Below, one piece after another: positions 41,790-44,487 of a stretch of DNA of 44,487 bases. Numbering within the stretch: position 1 is the first letter of the stretch; every line of letters starts with the position of its first letter. The notes beneath the pieces were generated by a model that was not told the DNA's origin, did not search any database, and saw only the letters and a program-made list of their open reading frames with translations. The translations under genes were made by a program, and so were the position numbers. The stretch spans positions 1 to 44,487 of the forward strand of contig JALAGF010003319.1 in the NCBI GenBank assembly GCA_030167865.1, in the 5' to 3' direction. This stretch comes from Craspedostauros australis (Eukaryota).

Positions 41790-43377
41790 TTATGCGTATC
41801 CCCACATCTTCGCGTATTCCTCCTCAAGCGTCGTCTCGCGAAGCACGGATCGAGACAGTCGAAGTCTGTCCAGCATCTCCGTGCAGGAGTGAAACGTCAG
41901 GAGCGCGGGCAGCGTCCTCAATCGTTGGAAAATGTTGACGCGACCCTGCGTCCAGCCATGGTAGACCGGATAATCCACGAGGATGGGTTCCGCATTGCGC
42001 AGGCGGAACTCCATGCCGGTGTGGCGATACATGCCGAACATGTATGGTAGGAGGGGGACCTTGTCGTTCTGGCAGTACACTCGAGCCAAACGCAGGCGAC
42101 CTTGCTCCTCGAGGTACTTGAAGGCCTTGCGGAACTTCTGCCCGCCGACACGCGGGGAGGCGAAGGTGTACAGGGTGACCGGCGCCGTCTTGGAGAACTC
42201 TTCGACCGTTGCGGACGCCAAGAATCCGAAGAGCGTTGCGGTGGCCCCGCCGAGAGAATGTCCAGTCACGTACAGGGAGTACCCGTCCTTCCACAGTGCC
42301 TTGATCTTGCAGATGATCTCACCGAATGGCGTCGTCACGTCCTTCGGATGGAACCTGGTGTCCATCTGGAAGTCCCTCCTTGCGGGCCCGAGCAGGGCCT
42401 TCGCAAAGCCTCGGTGCAGCTTGATCTTCGGCAAAACTTTGGCAAGGTCCTTGACAGGATTGGGGATGGTTCGCTGTGGAAATGGAAATGGCAGTCAGGT
42501 CGAGTGAGTACGTGCAACGAATGAATGTGGAGTGTGGAGGAGGGGAAGAGACGATGGGTCAGAGATATCATGAACGAATAAGCGAGTCAGCGAGCAACCA
42601 CACGAATCTCACGCCGTCCCATGCGTGTGCACGAGCACATACCATGCAGACCGCATTGGCGTTGGTGCTCCAATCTGCCCAGGCGTTGCGCGGCGTCGTG
42701 TTGGTCGTTCCACGGAAAACGATCTCGATGCGCTTCTTGCGTTCGTTGACGACGATGGCATGCACCCGAGACGAGGCCACGGTCTGGTCGCCATCGTCCA
42801 TGTGCACGAGCTGGCGTTCTCCATTGACAGCTTCCTTCACCAATCCTTGATCGATACCGTCGCAGGAATCCGCAAGGAAGGATCGCAGCAGATCCTTGGC
42901 GTCATCGACGTTCTTGTCCTTGCCGAGCGTCTCGAGATGCCTCTCCAGCGTCTGTTGGATATCGCTAAAGCCCTTTGGCCACCTTGGGCTGCCGCTGAGC
43001 TCAGCCAGGAGATCTGTGTTGTTGTCCAACTTGGCAAAAAAGCGCAGGCCCACGATCTCGTAGATGTACGCGGACAAGGCAAGCATGTCCACGCTGTTGC
43101 TGTAGAGATCCACGGCGTGCGATTGACCTGGAGACGTCCCGAGCTCCGGGAACTTGAGGCATTTCAGCAGCTTCGAACCCTTGGGGATCGGACCCGGCGT
43201 CCTGTCCAACGGGATCTCCGAGCGTTGGCGAAGTCGTGGCTTGCCATTGGCCGGCAACGCATTGCGATTGAGCTTGTGGAATCGGTCGACGTTGATTGCA
43301 ACCGGTTCGTCGGCCATCACCATGGATGTCAAGCCCATCCACGCGGCCAAGAGCGTCATGGCAGTGCTCGTTCTCAT
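41790..43377 (-). CDS. Secreted class 3 lipase (alpha/beta hydrolase), exons 43377-42643 and 42473-41790, ~472 aa
   Basis: Signal peptide, IVFRGT, WADW, LHRGF, VTGHSLGGA nucleophile elbow, YTFASPRVG, NDKVP (Asp), late His. The intron GTATGT...CAG 42642-42474 keeps frame. Confidence 0.93.
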
Positions 43378-44164
43378 CGTTTCGTTGTCGTGGTACTCTG
43401 CACTAGTAGTAGTATAGCGGTGTTCTCCGAGTATGTATGAGAGTCACGTATGAGGGCCAATGTTTGAATTCACTTGTGCCGATTATGTGAGGGTGATGCC
43501 TGCGAAGAGAAATGGTGCGCATGTGGTTGCGCGCGTATGGTGAATGGTATGGTGTGCGAGTGGGGCAGCCGTTGAACGTCGCAATCGCAATGGAGCATTC
43601 AGATAGCAGCGCAAGTCAAGTAGAATGCGGTACTGGTGCACAGCATGTGAGTTCGATGCCTCCTTGGTTGGCACCGTTGAAGCAGTACTGCTCTTGTGGT
43701 TGGGCTATGTTGGTTCGCCATTCTCGCATGTCAGTGTTGGCTGTCCCATCGGTGGTGTCAAAAGAGCTCTTTGGGATGGATCTTTTGCGATTGTTCCACC
43801 AACGCACTGAGGATTCTCGATCAATCGCCCATCTTTCGATAAATCCCAACAAACTCGTGATTCGTTGAATGATTGTCACCGGCGTAGTGACGTTGAGACT
43901 AAGTTTTAGGAGCCCGATCAGTGAGTCGACCTGCGCTTTGTTATGGGACTCAACAACATTTTTATAGTAGATCCAAACCGACTGCATATTCATAATCCTT
44001 ATGTTCTAAAACCAAATACTGGTACAAATTACTTTTCGGTTAGACCTTATTTTAAGTTTTATGGGCGGTCAAAGGTGTTTTTAGTCGTATGGGTCGCACC
44101 TCATGAAACTCCTGCTTGTTTCTCAGAAAGTTCTTTGATGTTCTCGTTTATTTATCGTAAGGTA

Positions 44165-44183
44165 NNNNNNNNNNNNNNNNNNN
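44165..44183. other. Assembly gap (19 N)
   Basis: Run of N. Confidence 0.99.
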
Positions 44184-44305
44184 TCGAAGATGTCGTTCGG
44201 TTGGTACGCGTTAAATACACGTTAGCATCTGCGACATGATCTCACATTTTGCTCGTCACAAAACACATGACACAAAACACATCACACAAAACACATCACA
44301 CACAC

Positions 44306-44373
44306 AACATCATCGACATCCGTTCACAAATTCAAACATCATCGACATCCGTTCACAAATTCAAACATCATCG
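44306..44373. repeat. 29-bp tandem repeat x2.3 (AACATCATCGACATCCGTTCACAAATTCA), preceded by CA-rich 14-bp repeats
   Basis: Read directly; copies are adjacent with no spacers. Confidence 0.92.
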
Positions 44374-44487
44374 CCACACTTTCGCTCTATTTCGCAACTT
44401 TCTTCGCCAATGTCATGCGTACTCGCTGTTGTGTTCCATGCTTGTGCTCGCCCTGGTAGTGGCGTCGTGTAGTAGTAGTAGTCGTTG

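Noticed and set aside
44306..44373. 29-bp direct repeats as a CRISPR array
   Set aside because: Copies abut with no spacers, there are no cas genes, and the context is eukaryotic.
1..44487. Prokaryotic operon, defence island or horizontally acquired block
   Set aside because: Spliceosomal introns, cohesin loader, SLC35 and targeting peptides show a native eukaryotic chromosome; bacterial-type genes here carry eukaryotic presequences.

Overview
Eukaryotic, intron-containing nuclear DNA with about 14 protein-coding genes on both strands. It is most consistent with a diatom (stramenopile): bipartite signal peptide + ASAF-type plastid presequences, short GT-AG introns, many microsatellites. The species cannot be determined from sequence alone. 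Gene order: S8 subtilisin (5'-partial), secreted Cys-rich GPI-type surface protein, CpG-depleted degenerate repeat, small plastid-targeted membrane protein, WD40 protein, 4-exon Patched-like RND/sterol-sensing protein, broken secreted Cys-rich gene, F-box/ankyrin protein, plastid-targeted YacP/Rae1-like NYN ribonuclease tail-to-tail with plastid-targeted HrpB helicase, low-complexity S/R-rich protein, ankyrin-like protein, SLC35A nucleotide-sugar transporter, Scc2/NIPBL with an inserted PHD finger, class 3 lipase, then an AT-rich stretch and an assembly gap. I found no CRISPR array, rRNA, tRNA or intact transposon. The best leads are the NYN+HrpB plastid RNA-decay pair, the Patched-like protein with an enlarged first luminal domain, and the PHD finger in a non-plant Scc2. 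All family calls are by motif recognition, not database search.
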